Shown: positions 16,913 to 39,274 of the stretch, piece by piece
How the letters are laid out: each line of letters begins with the position of its first letter
Numbering within the stretch: the first letter of the stretch is position 1
Assembly (NCBI GenBank): GCA_963693365.1
Contig: CAVNZM010000001.1
Location: forward strand, 18,710,783 to 18,774,782
From: Amoebidium appalachense
Lineage: Eukaryota > Protista > Ichthyosporea
Direction: 5' to 3'
Length of the DNA: 64,000 nt
Made by a program: the position numbers and the translations under genes
The notes under the pieces: model-generated
Database searches by the model: none
The model's input: only the letters and a program-made list of their open reading frames with translations
What the model was told of the DNA's origin: nothing

Positions 16913-16973
16913 GCCTACTCACGTGCACTGTCTCTCACCCGCCATTCCCTTGAAGTTCTTCCTCTCCCCCTTT

Positions 16974-17008
<35 letters not shown>

Positions 17009-18170
17009 CCCTCCCCTCCCTCCCCCCCCCCCCGAAAAGCCTCAGTGTGGGTTGGCGTCCTTAGAGCGAGGCGCCATTTCATCAGCACGACGTTCGGCAA
17101 CAGATTCGCCTCTGATTCGGAACTTGAAAGAGCCATATATGGCTATCAAGCCTCAAATAAATTCTTAACGCTGTACGTGTGTGCTTGTGCGCTCGTGCGT
17201 GTGTGCGTGTGCGTGTATGTGTGCGTCGGTTTGCGTGTGTGAAGGGGGGGGGGAGGGGGGGGGGGGGGCCGGGGGGGCCGGGGGGGGGGGGGATATGTGC
17301 CTCGTGTCCATCATTTATACTAAGGACACTTAGTTGAGCAGCATACCTTGCAGATCATGGATACTGAGATAACATGACATGTACATGGATGTGCACGTGC
17401 AAGTTTTGTTTGCCAAAAAACAGTGATGTCGTAACGGTGCTGTGATACGGTACTGCATGCTGGTGACGAAGGTCGCCGTATGTTGCACTTAAAAATTTTG
17501 AAATTTCCGCGCAAGCAAGGGATTCCCGGGAGCCAATCAAAAATTGCTTCGCGATGATTTACGTAAATCAAGAGCGCGGCAGTAGATCGGCCTTTGCGCT
17601 CTTGAATCATGATGTCTCCCTCTCACGCCTGTTCAGGATAAAAGGCACTCGCGCTAATAAGAATGTTCATGCAAGCAATTTTTTAAACAAAAATAAACCT
17701 AGAAACTCAGTCAAATCATTCTAAAATTTTGCTGTAGTATAGGCCATTGCAGCATTGAATAGCTTTATAGAACAAGAACTAATATATTAGCCGGTTCCAT
17801 TCCAGGGCTGCGCCAAGCTCACTGCATCCTTCTGCTGAGTCCCGGGTGATGACCAATCAGCCTGCGACATGGAATTGCAGGAAAATATATAAACCAGTTA
17901 TCACCCATGATTTCTTTCAGTCTGCAACTCACTTGTTAGAGAAGCTCTTACCCAACAAAAACTACAGCCACGCAAGTTATCCCTATCATCCGTGATATAT
18001 CCTTTATAAAGCATTTGGTTTCTATCGGCTAATGCGCTTGCGTCTTCCTACTCGTCTACCTTTCTTCCTACTTTCCTTCCTAGCCAAATTTGCACAAAGT
18101 TTTTCCTGCACGCTGAAGTTCTTCGCTGTTGATTCTTTTTACAGACAAAATTCACAAGTTTTTCCTCAAC

Positions 18171-19851
18171 ATGGCACCCAACGACAAAAAAATTGCCGAG
18201 GCCTTTGTTGCCGAGCTTGAGCGCGCACCCAACTCCGTTGTAGCCGTGTGCTTTGACTTTGACGGCACCCTGAGCGACACAGAAACACCGGCGATGGAGG
18301 TGGCCTACTGGGAGATCGCCCCATACCTCCCTCCACCTCTCCCTTCCGCTGACGAGTTTATTCGTCTAAATGCGGGAAAGGCGTTTGAGTTTATGCTCGA
18401 TTCGTGCGGCCAGCAACGTGCTTCTATGGGTCTCCCGTCCATTCAACACGTGCGTGAGTTGCAACTTGAAGACCCTGATGTGATTCGGGTTGTGGACGCA
18501 GGGAGGAAGAAATTTGGGCTTCGTTCTTTTGCTGAGACGAGGAAAATTGATCTATTGACGCTGCAAAAAGACGACACGGTGGAGGCACTGGCAAAGACGG
18601 CAAGGGCCATCGAGGGGGTAGTCCCTACACTCATGCAGATGAAACAAGACGGGGTGCTTTTCAACATTGCAACCACAAGCGGTACGTGTCGACGTCCATA
18701 TCGTCTTTTTGCTTGCAGTTCTAGGATCCAGCCCCGATACTGCTGATTAGGACATTTGCAGATTGTTTTTTATAAGTTTTGTTGCTATATTGTCACCAAA
18801 TGAGAAGAGAGAGCTGGGCTTCCTTTACCCCCCTCCTCCCTCCCCCCCCCCCCTCTCTCTCTCTCTCTCCCTCCCCCCCCCCCCCCCTCCCTCCCACCCC
18901 CCCCCTCCCCCCCCTTCCGGCCTCCTTGCCCCCACCTACCACCTTAAGCATTTCCCGGGATTATGCAAAAGAAAAAGGTTGCACCACCACCACGTGTACA
19001 CGCACACGCACAAGCACGCGCACACACCCACACACATACTCCCCGCCCGCCCTCCAAAAAAAAAAAAAAACGATATAAAAGCGGTTTAAAATATATGGCA
19101 GCCACGCACGTGCGGTATGCACACATCGTAGTTGCATGTGCCTCCTCCCCCCTCCCCCCTCCCCCCTTAAAAATTCACATAATCTATGAGGAAATAAAAA
19201 AGTGCACCCTCGCGTGCGGCATGCATGCACACACAAACCTCGCCAGACAGATAAACAAACTCTCCCCTTCTACGCCTACGGTAATCTAACTTTCATGTGT
19301 GTACAGGTGCCCCCCGGGTTCTTGCCTCTCGCGATGCCAGTGGCCTCCTCCCCTTTTTCCCCGACAGTCACGTGCACAGTGGTGAAAGCGACTATGTGCC
19401 CCCTCGCTTTAAGCCTGACCCCTCCGTCTACCTTAAAGCATGCATGGCGCATGGACTACGACCCATTCAGTGTGTGGCTGTCGAGGACAGTGGCTCCGGC
19501 GTCGGCTCAGCTGCAAATGCGAAAATAGGGCTCATTATTGGATTTGTGGGGGGGTCTCATATTAAGGAAGAAATGATGGATAGCCATGCGCGCATGCTCA
19601 TGTCTGGCACAAAGTCGGAGGACGGTCGGGGTGCCGATATTGTCGTTTCGAAATTTGAGGATGTAGGGGTTCTTGTGCGCGCTTTTGCGGAGTGTATTGT
19701 GGACGGGGTTAAGAATTGTGTGGATAGTGGGGAGGGATCCGAGGTGGATATTGCAGTGGTGAGAGTGAAGACGGCAAAGGTGGTGGCTGATAAATTGGCT
19801 GCTCCCTGCTGGGTTAATGGGGATATGTTGGGGTCTAGGCCTAGCGCATAG
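18171..19851 (+). CDS. HAD-superfamily hydrolase (subfamily IA, CbbY/beta-PGM-like), 2 exons, ~351 aa
   Basis: Exons 18171-18681 and 19307-19851 (phase-1 GTACGT...TACAG intron). Motif I FDFDGTLSDTE, motif II IATTS, motif III KPDP, motif IV VAVEDS. CCAAT (17853) and TATATAAA (17886) upstream. Confidence 0.92.
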
Positions 19852-20622
19852 AGATATATGTGGAATATATTCGGGTTGTAAATTGGGTGGGTGTACATTT
19901 GACTTAATGAACTGTATGCATACTGCCAGTATATGTATGTGATAATAACCTCGACCGTGATCTTCGTAAATAATGCCGAGTTTTGGCAGTTGTTTTCAAT
20001 AGCTACAAGCCACATCGGTTTCCGTTTAACGGTGTTGTTGTTCTCAGTTGTGAGTCATGCGATTGATGAGTCTATGCTGAGGTTTTTGCTTTTTGAGATC
20101 TTCAGTGTTTTGAGGGTCCAAATTTTTTCTACAAGTTGAAGAGGCGGTAATACTGTATCCACCATTGAACTGTATCATATTTTAGGACGAAAAAAAATAG
20201 GAGACACGTGTCGTACGTGCGTATGCCGGAGAGAAACAATAAGTATACCCGCCAGTGATATGTATGTTTCAATACCATCATGATTAATGAATAAAAGCCA
20301 TTACTGTCCGAGAAAACACTTCCCATCTTAAATTTCGTTCGTGTTAGCAGTGTTTGGGGCCCACAATATTGATCCCCAAGAATGGTCCACTGCATATCTA
20401 TGCCGTCTATCCATCAGACGTGCGGCACGTCCATATTGGACAAGCTTCCATCCGTTATCGATATTTTTATTCATTTTCATCCCCCCTACGCCATCAGAGC
20501 CTAGTCTGTCGTTTTATCCCCTCTCCCCCCATCCCCTCCCATCCTCCCCTTCCCTTTCTCCCTCTCCCTCTGTCCCTGTCTCTCCCCGGCCCACTCTCTC
20601 TCCCTCCCTCCCTCCCCTCCCT

Positions 20623-20655
<33 letters not shown>

Positions 20656-21998
20656 CTCCACCATTCTCTCCCTTCTCCCCCTCCCTCCCTCTCTCACTCC
20701 CCCTGCCTCTCTCCCTCTCCCTCTCTCTCTATCACCCCCCCCCCCCCCCTCTCCAAAAGAAAATGCTGTCTCCCTCTCTCCTTCTCTCTCTCTCTCCCCC
20801 CCCCCCCCCCCCCCCCTCTCCCCTCCCCGCTCTCCCTTCCCCTTCCCCTCATCCCTCCCCTTCTCCCCCCCCCCCCCTTCTCCTCTCTTTCTTCCCCCCC
20901 ACCCCCCCCCACCCCCCCCCCCCCCTCATACAACCTGTTCCTCTACGACTATCTCGAGCTCCCTTCCTCCTCTCACAGCCTCATTCGTCGATTCAACCAC
21001 TCATACGGCTGTATATTGAAACTTGCCCATGCTTCAAAGTGCGGACTCAGGAATCCGTATCTACGGTGAATGTGTAGGGTCAGCGCTAACTGCAAAAAAA
21101 ACTCGAGTGGCACGTTGCCACCTTACCTGCAACTCTGCAGCTGCGGCTTCAGTCCAGCCCAACGCTGTGTTCAAACTGCATCTAATTAGCGATATAATAT
21201 TATACTCAAATGTACATCATTTTACCACCCGAATACTGATGATGGACTCGTGTTCGTGACAGGCAAGCATGATGTGTCCCTTTACCATGTACATTGACTG
21301 AGCTCTTGCTCTCCCTCCCCCCTCCCCCCGCCCTCCCCCCCCCCCCCCCTCCCCCCTCCCCCCTCCCCCCCTCCCCCCCTCCCCCCCCTCCCCCTTTTTA
21401 TTTTCGGCTCCTCCCCCCCCTCCCCCTCCCTTTTAGAGCCCTCTCGGCCACAGGCTGGGGTTCTCCCATTCACAGAGCCATTGATATCCACAATCATAAC
21501 GATTCAACGACTAGTGCCAAAATGATGATAATTTATCCCCCCGGGCCTTGAGTTCCTTCCTCCCAAACCACCACGTACCCGGGCCGTGTGCCATTCGAAT
21601 ATTAGTAATACAGAATTTCTACACATACACATCCCGGTCCACTCTTTACCCCGGCCTTTGAAAAAATTGTACCACTGTTACCTTAGTAGTGCTACACACT
21701 CACTCTCCCCGGCCCTGCATCCCCCCCCCCCCCCCCCTCCCCCCCCTCCCCCCCCCCCCTCCCCCCCTCCCCCCCCCCCCCGCCCCTCCCCTCCCTCTCT
21801 CCCTCCCTCCTTCCTCCCCCCCCCTTTCCCCCCTCCCCTCCCCTCCCCTCCCCTTTTTTTTTCTCTACAAAGTTCCCGGGCACCTTCACTAAGCTGTGCC
21901 CCTTCAACCTGCAATTCAAGTAAGGTGAACGTTCCATCAACAATCCAAAGCACGCCGCCGCTTCCGTATTCGACCATCCACACATTAGCTGAGTCTTA

Positions 21999-22036
<38 letters not shown>

Positions 22037-22168
22037 CCTCCCCAACTGAGTCATTGTGGCACCACTACCACCCCGTACACCATGTTGGCTTTAATACTAG
22101 TGGCTAATTAGCATCCTTATCGGCCTTCCTTCTCTAACCCTACTGTATCCGGCTTCCCATCATCACAG

Positions 22169-22294
22169 GAGATGTACAAGACTTTCTACGAGCAGTTCAG
22201 CAAGAACATCAAGCTGGGCATTCACGAAGACTCCACCAACAGGAGCAAGATTGGTGACCTCATCCGCTACTACTCGAGCAAGAGCGGCGATGAG
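22169..22294 (+). pseudogene. HSP90: Orphan exon of cytosolic Hsp90 (middle domain)
   Basis: [42 protein letters not shown], preceded by a CTAAC branch point and CAG acceptor. Homology ends abruptly and no other Hsp90 exon was found in the window. Confidence 0.9.
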
Positions 22295-22920
22295 TTTCCA
22301 GAAAACAGGTCCAAATGGGCCCTGTCGGAGCCAGACCCTGGCCCAATAATATAACAATTGAAGCACGAAAATGCGACATACACGGTTTCAAGTTCGTGTG
22401 TGCCAGTTACTGTACAAGGGCCCGGGACGGGAGAGGTTGAGGGGGAACTTGAAGTGCAGACATGTATGTTTTCCCGAATCGATCATCCAAACAGACTTTC
22501 GGTGTTGTCCGGGATCGATGGTGGTGGGATGTGTGACCTGGTATGTGTGCAGCCACGGCGCCGAGGGAGGGGGGGGGGGGGGGGCTGGTTGCAATCAGCA
22601 CAACGGCAGTTCTCTTTCACAAACTGGTGCCAGAGAGTTGGTCATGTAATCTGTTCTTTTTTATTGAGATCATATCTCGGTTTGCATTTTTGTGCAAATT
22701 TGCGGCATATCTAACTTTCATGGGGAGTGAAATGCATGTAACTTTCGCACCTTACAGACAGCAAAAAAGACCCCAACTACGCAAGGATCACATAAACCTT
22801 AGTGCCCCGTGCGAAAATCGTACATGGGGGTATCACCGCCGAGCTAGCACAATCTAATTATGTCCCGCCTATCACTCATACCTTCAGCCATCCAACCAAC
22901 TACTTCCCCTTGCCAAACAG

Positions 22921-22957
<37 letters not shown>

Positions 22958-23020
22958 AACACCCACACACATACACACACACACACCTACCCATTCACCC
23001 AAAACCACCTTACATACCCC

Positions 23021-23051
<31 letters not shown>

Positions 23052-23090
23052 ACCCCCATCCAACCCCACCCCCACACCGCAGCCACCTAC

Positions 23091-24321
23091 CGCCAAGCCC
23101 ACAGCCAGGAATCTGCTCCGTTGCCTGCCCGGGGGCACTGAGCCAACAGCAATGCATCTGATTTCTGCGTCTGTGTTGAGTCGTTCGGCATATTCGTTCA
23201 GCTGCCCGGCAGCATCAAGCTCAAAGTACACCAACTCGGTGCCGTGGAGAGTGATGGCTACCTGCCGGTTGTTCACGGCCTGCAGACACACAGAAGAAAA
23301 GTTGTTGGAGGTACATATAGCAATGCCATGGTTAAAAATCATGAACCGTAGAGTTGGCTACCATTGCGATTTTGGTAATGTTTCTTGCATGTGTGCACTG
23401 AAACGGTGCAAACACTCGAGGCATGTGCCTGCTAGTGGTGATGTATGACTCCGAAGAAAGAATCAAGGTGAGAGAGACATCTAGACGACATCATATACCA
23501 AACTGAGCCTGGCCCGAAGGAGGGGGAGGGGGGGGGGGGGGGGAGGAACATGACGACTGGGGTCTGAGGAGAGGGGGCCAGGTGAAGAGTGGGAGGGAAG
23601 GGAAAGAGTGGTGGGGAATGTGGGGGGGGGGGGGGGGGGGGGGGTTCAATACTGAATGGCCGATTGTAGATTTTGCTGGGGCTTTCCATTCATTCACAAG
23701 TTTGTCTGCTCTGATGTGTCGGATACCTGCCACCTAGAGGACACCATTGAGCATAGCGACAGAACGCAAATGTATAAGCCAGATATATCCCGGACAAAAG
23801 AACAGACAACTGAACAAGCACAAGTAACACCATCAGGTAACGGTTTCGAACTTCCCTTATTCCAGACACTTCACTACATCATCCCCTCCACCCCCCCTCC
23901 CCCTCCCCCCTCCTCTTCCCTCACTTCACCCACAATCCGCCCCTCCCCCCGGAGGCCATACGTTCAGTTTCTCACGGACCTCCCTTGCACATAGTTTGCA
24001 GATCCAACTCCTTTTGGTACCAACATGACTTGGCATGTTTTTCGGTGTTTGCCGGCACCGAGCAACAAGCTGGGGGTGAAAAAACAACAGTGTGTATGAT
24101 CGTGCTCTGCACTATCGGGCAAAGGGTTTGGTGTTTCTGCTCCTTGTGGTGTGTGTGTGTGTGTGAGTGTGTGAGTGAGTGAGTGAGTGAGTGAGTGAGT
24201 GAGTGAGTGAGTGTGTGTGTGCACGCGCGCACCTGTGCGTGAGTGCCTGCGTTCAGGCATCCATGCCACATGTGTGTGTGCCCCCGCCACACGAACCAGG
24301 CGACGAGAGGGAAGTAGAAGA

Positions 24322-24359
<38 letters not shown>

Positions 24360-24714
24360 CCCCCCCCCCCCCCCCTCCCCTCCCCCCACACCAAAAAAAA
24401 AAAAAAAAAAAAAAAAAAGGAAAGAACTGGAAAGAAAAGAAAAACAAACAAAAACAAACCAAAAAAAACAAGCAAACTTGCTGGCAAATCAACTGCACGC
24501 ACCTTCTGGGTAGACCTGCAGCAATGCATCATCACCCAGGGTGCTGGCGTTGAGTGTTGGGCTGGTGGCCAGGAACCCACTATCTACCACCTCCTCCACG
24601 TTTTCACCGATGGACAGCACCAGTGTTGCATTGACGAACGACACGATAATGTACGAGTGGTACTCGTCTGTGTGGCAAAGGGCAATGCATAAGCCATCAT
24701 ACTGCTTGCAAAGA

Positions 24715-24751
<37 letters not shown>

Positions 24752-24854
24752 CTCCCCTCTTACTAGTATACCACCACACTCCTTCCCTCCTCCCTCTCCT
24801 CCTCACCCACCCACCGACCCACACCCACACTACTCCTGGTCCCCACTACCTAAC

Positions 24855-24889
<35 letters not shown>

Positions 24890-25717
24890 TTCCACCTCCC
24901 ACCTCTCCCCTCTCCACACACATCACACACACACAAACCTGCAAACCAAAATAAACAAAAACAAAAAGCCCAAATCAACAACAAACAAAAACACAACCAC
25001 ACACCTGCACTCCCAACCAACATTAAACATCACACCCACAGCCAAACCGTCCACCCCACATCCATCCCTCCCACCCACACACCCCTTAACATGCAACAAC
25101 CCCTTGCACCCGCAACCATCCACCGCTCGCCACACATACCATGCACGCGCTTTTTAACGGTCCAGATATTATTTGGGTTGCCGGGCAGTTCTGATACGGC
25201 CATTTCACTCCAACCCGTGACGTAATGTCTTGAATGATGACGATGGCCCCCGGCCGCACACCATGTAGAATTGTGGAACGTCTTGTTCTTCACCCAAATG
25301 CGCAATCTGCAAGAAACATCGTTTGTTACTGCTAGCCACGCGAGAGAAAGCCCAGGAGAAAAAAAAGTACACGGGGAAACATGTGGGATTGTGCAACATC
25401 TTGTCCTTCACCCAAATGCGCAATCTGCAAATCGTTGTTAGTGCTAGGCAGGTAGGAAAACGAAAAAGGTCAGTGCGGATGTACAGTAATCAGAGGTGTG
25501 TGGTGCGGACACATGCCTGTTGTGCATATTGCAGAGGAATAGCTGCACATGTATGTGTCTGACTCTCACAGTTGTGCACCCACACACGCCAATATCATCC
25601 CGATAACCCAGCGAATGCATGGCTGCACACACTCAAGTGCCTACAGTGCAGACATCCACACAAACTAGACATAGATGCTAACCAACAGCGAGCCCCCACC
25701 CATCCCCCCTATCTCCG

Positions 25718-25764
<47 letters not shown>

Positions 25765-26004
25765 AAAGGAAGGGGAAAAAACCCACCCTGCAATCCGAGA
25801 TGGGGCACAGGCTCTCCATTTCGGAGAATTGCAGCAGATTGGTAAGTTCGCGCGGTCGGAATGTTGGGGGCTGCAGGGGCATGAGTGAGTCAGCAAGCCC
25901 CCCAAAGCACCACATGACCACTAACCTCGTTAAGGCCGACACAAAATGCCGGTGCACAATGCTCTCAGATAATCCCGTGCAACAGCTACCCCCCCCCCCC
26001 CCCC

Positions 26005-26041
<37 letters not shown>

Positions 26042-26722
26042 GCAACCTTTCTGCCTGAGCGTGGTTCAACAATTATAAATCTACCCCACATACCGCACAA
26101 GTGTATGCATGCAAGGCAGAGACAGCACATGCCACACCTGCGGCTAGGACCGGTACCCACACCCACGAGCTTAAGCACATGGCCATAGCAGTTGGAAACC
26201 TCCCCTTACCTCCTCGCCCTCCATTGAGTCGGAGCTGAATATTGGGTCGCTGTCTTGCCCGAGATGTGATATTTGATACAGGAAGCTGTGTGAGTGTGTG
26301 AGTGTGTGAGTGTGATGTGTGTACGTCAGCGTGCGTGTGTTTCTGTGTTTCTGTGTGTGTGTGTTGTTGAACGTTGAAAAAAGGGGAGGCTGGCTGGAGC
26401 ATCACCGGGAAAAAGGGGAGAGAAAGAGGGGAGGGGAGGGTGTCAGTAAGTACCAAGAGCAACAGAGACCAAAACATCCTAGCAGGTATGGACTCAACTA
26501 CTTCCGATGCATCACACTAAATCAGCGGTGTAGCATAATATATTTTCAATCATCATCGTCCAAGCACACCCGAACACTATGTATACCGATGACCAACGTT
26601 CTGTCTCATCATACGAACCCCCCCCCCCCCCCCCCCCCCCCAGCCCACCCACCCACCCACCCACCCACACACACACCTTTCTCTCTCTGTCGCTCTCTCT
26701 CCTCTGCCTCTCTCTCTCTTCC

Positions 26723-26756
<34 letters not shown>

Positions 26757-27048
26757 AATGAAATAAAATAAAACAAAACCAAAAACAAAAACGAATTTTT
26801 TTTACTTGACCTCCCGACTCGTAGTTCGACGCCACCGCACACACACGTGCCAGTAACATTAAAACTCTCCACACACCCCATTCAAACAGGTAAAATCTAC
26901 CTACAATGCTCTCTACCACTATTCACACACACACAAGCACGTACTGGTTTCCAAACTCGCTGGCCGAAAACAGGAAGCCTGCCTTGAGCATGACCAGACT
27001 GTTGGCCACTGGGATGGTGTCGAAGTACTGAATCTGCATGTCCTTGAC
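23091..27048 (-). pseudogene. SF3B3: Internal 7-exon fragment of splicing factor 3B subunit 3 (SAP130/Rse1), frameshifted
   Basis: Exons 27048-26945, 26285-26210, 25870-25787, 25306-25140, 24667-24503, 23726-23653 and 23279-23091 give [56 protein letters not shown]. About 5 nt are missing at GLE[V]SEM (~25208). N- and C-terminal parts are absent. Confidence 0.9.
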
Positions 27049-27575
27049 CTGGGCCATGGCATGGGTTGTCAGCAACCACATAGGCACACACACAAGCACA
27101 CAGCGCAAACACACACACACACGCACGCACGCACGCACAAGCAAGCACGCATGCACACACGCTGCCCGGTTGCAGGAACGCACTTACGCACGCAAGCACG
27201 CACATACACAAACACACAGCGCATACGTGCGGAAACACGCACACAGGGCGCACGTGCGCAAACAGCCAACCGCACACAGCTCACGAACGCAGACACACAC
27301 CCGAAGCATGCATGCTCTCACAGACAGGGGAGGGGCATGTCTCTTGGCTGGTCCTGTTCGGGATATTTGACTGTTAATATCGAGTTACCAATTTAGTTTC
27401 AATCATCCTCTAGACCCCTCCTCACTCCCCCTCCCTTTCTTCTGTTACTAAGTCACATACACACACACACTCTCTCTCTCCCTCTCTCTCTCTCCCTCTC
27501 CCTCTCCCTCCCTCTCCCTCCCTCCCTCTCTCTCTCTGTGTGTGTGTCTCTCCCCCCCCTCCCTCTCTCTTTTCA

Positions 27576-27644
<69 letters not shown>

Positions 27645-27783
27645 CGGCCCCATCTCTATCTCTCCCACTTTTTGTCTCTTCCTTTCTCTCACTTGCGCTA
27701 TCTCCGAGTCTTGCACTGTCTCTCTTGCACACACACTATCTCTCACTCTCCCTCCCTCCCTTTCTCTGTCTCTGTCTCTTTCT

Positions 27784-27817
<34 letters not shown>

Positions 27818-28013
27818 ACACGCAACACACACACCGTCAAATCCAGTTCTTCATCCCCCCACCTACATGTTATTCAAAGCAGATTTGCAAAACAGAACAC
27901 TTACTGAGAACTTGGCAACTGATAGGTATACAATGGCTGACCCTCAATGGGATGGAAACTACATCGGTTTTCAGTTTATGTATGTTTGTGTATGTTTACG
28001 CCATCCAACTTAC

Positions 28014-37358
<9,345 letters not shown>

Positions 37359-37599
37359 TCTCTTCGCCCCCCACAAGTAATAAGATCACGAAATTTGCAG
37401 GCAGAAGGAAGGCTCGTAAAAGCTCTCAGAATTCAAACAAACCACCAAGGCAAATGTAAGTAATGCTTGTAGCAGGTAACTATACCACAACACTGTCAAC
37501 ATTGAACGTTACGTTGACGATGATGCCAGCTGTCACTCTCACACTACATCACAACTTCACAACATCACATCATTCTTTAAGCCACTTCAGCAACAGTTC

Positions 37600-37770
37600 A
37601 TAACTATTTGCTCGAGTCACGACTCAAAGTCGTCACAGAAGTCATTGCACAAGTCATCGCTGAGTCATCCGGGAAAACACTTAACGTGACGTCACAGATC
37701 CAAGAGCCTAATCGGTGCAGATCGAACCAATCATAGGCAGCCAATGTCCTTGGCCCGTCTATATAAAGAG
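37600..37770. promoter_or_regulatory. Promoter region between divergent genes
   Basis: TGAGTCA 37661, TGACGTCA 37687, further GTCA half-sites, CCAAT at ~37727 and 37741, TATATAAA at 37760 oriented toward the F-box gene. Confidence 0.5.
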
Positions 37771-37965
37771 TCGGTTACATCAGCTTAGCCGTCAGAAAGT
37801 TGGCCATTGGGTAATGAACATTAAGTAAAACTGTAACACAAAAACATGAAATTTGTTCACGGCCATTAGCGGAGAAATAAATTAACGGCAGTTAGCGGAG
37901 AAATTTTGAGGAATAAGAGCGTCAAAGGATTCTTGATACACACGTTTGTCTGTCGTTTACCTAAA

Positions 37966-39242
37966 ATGGACTCCACACAGTTCACGAAAACTGCTCCTGA
38001 GCCCGCTCAGTCCGAGATGGAGCTGTTGCCGGGTGAAGTCATTGGTCGTGTGTGCGAGTTTCTGGAGGGTATAGACGTGGTGCGGCTAAGCAAGGTGACC
38101 TGTTTGTCACGTTTTCTGCTTCAGTCCCCCTTTCCTCCCTCCCCCCCCTCCCCTCCCTTGTTGTTCGCCTTGGGTTCACTCGTTACCTTGAGTTCAACAG
38201 TCTTCATGATGCTGTGTCGCGCTCTTTGTGTCATTCGTCAAGATCCCCTTACTCACAGTTTAACAGCGTTTGAGTTCTTTTTGTCTGCATAGTGGTTCCA
38301 GCTCCACAGCGTTCCTATTTCTACTCTGCATGTTCCATCTTATTTTAGGCTCTTCTATAGCCGTTGCTTAGTGTTCTACTTTTCTGCAGACCTGCCGGCA
38401 CCTACACCAAGTTCTCAACGATGAGTACGTCTGGCACAGCATGACCAAGGAGAGGTTCGGGGAGGCGAAACTGCACGAGGGAATGGACAACGACGCAGAC
38501 CCCAAGCAGTGGTACTTTCATTGTGAGCGCCTGAGCAAGCGCCTGAAGGCAGAGGAGCTCAAGATAACGTGGTGGGTTGAAAGTGATTTGACTGCCTAGA
38601 GGGGGTATTTGGGGTGTGGTTGTGCTGAACACTGCTGGTGTTGTCGATATTGGGATAACAAGCGGCTGATGGGATGGGAGGTATTGGAGGGGGGGGGGGG
38701 GGGGGGAGGAAGGGGGAGGGGGGGGGGGGGGGAGGGGGGGGGGGGGGGGAGTTTTCGCAACATGCCTGAAGGGTGATTTTGGTTTTGTCATCTTGCTGCA
38801 TGGGGGCTGGTAAGGCAGCTGTTGCCACAATCATGCAGCCAAATTGCTATGCTATTCGCCGGTTAAACTTCTACACTAGGTTACAGACCCCCCCCCCCCC
38901 CCCCCCCCCCCCCCCCTTACCCCCACGCGCACACATACACACACACACACACACTAAACTGAAGTTTGGACAGGCTGTTCCTGCTTCTTTCTTGTTAGTC
39001 AACTGTGCTGGTGTACTTATTCTGGCCGATACAGGAATAATGGCTCCTACTGGACACTGCTGACCGATGAAGAGTCCGAGTCCAAGAAGATTGCAAAGCT
39101 GCATAGCGTGTGCTGGCTGGACGTAAGTATGCGTGTGAATGTGATTAGATCTTCCAGGATTAGGGACAATGGAAATTGGAAAGTGTGGTCGGTGGGGACA
39201 TTTGAGAAAGTGTGTACGTGTGTGTGTGTGTGGGTGTGTGTG

Positions 39243-39274
<32 letters not shown>

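Noticed and set aside
17318-21285. Possible Kolobok-like termini (TAAGGACAC ... GTGTCCCTTTA) around the HAD gene
   Set aside because: The match is only ~9 bp and imperfect, with no TTAA TSD, which is expected by chance.
20340-22000. Exon-like islands on the + strand (e.g. IRLYIETCPCFKV, HAAASVFDH) that might be another decayed gene or transposase copy
   Set aside because: They contain stops and cannot be joined in phase. The AASVFD match to 34650 is too short to be significant.
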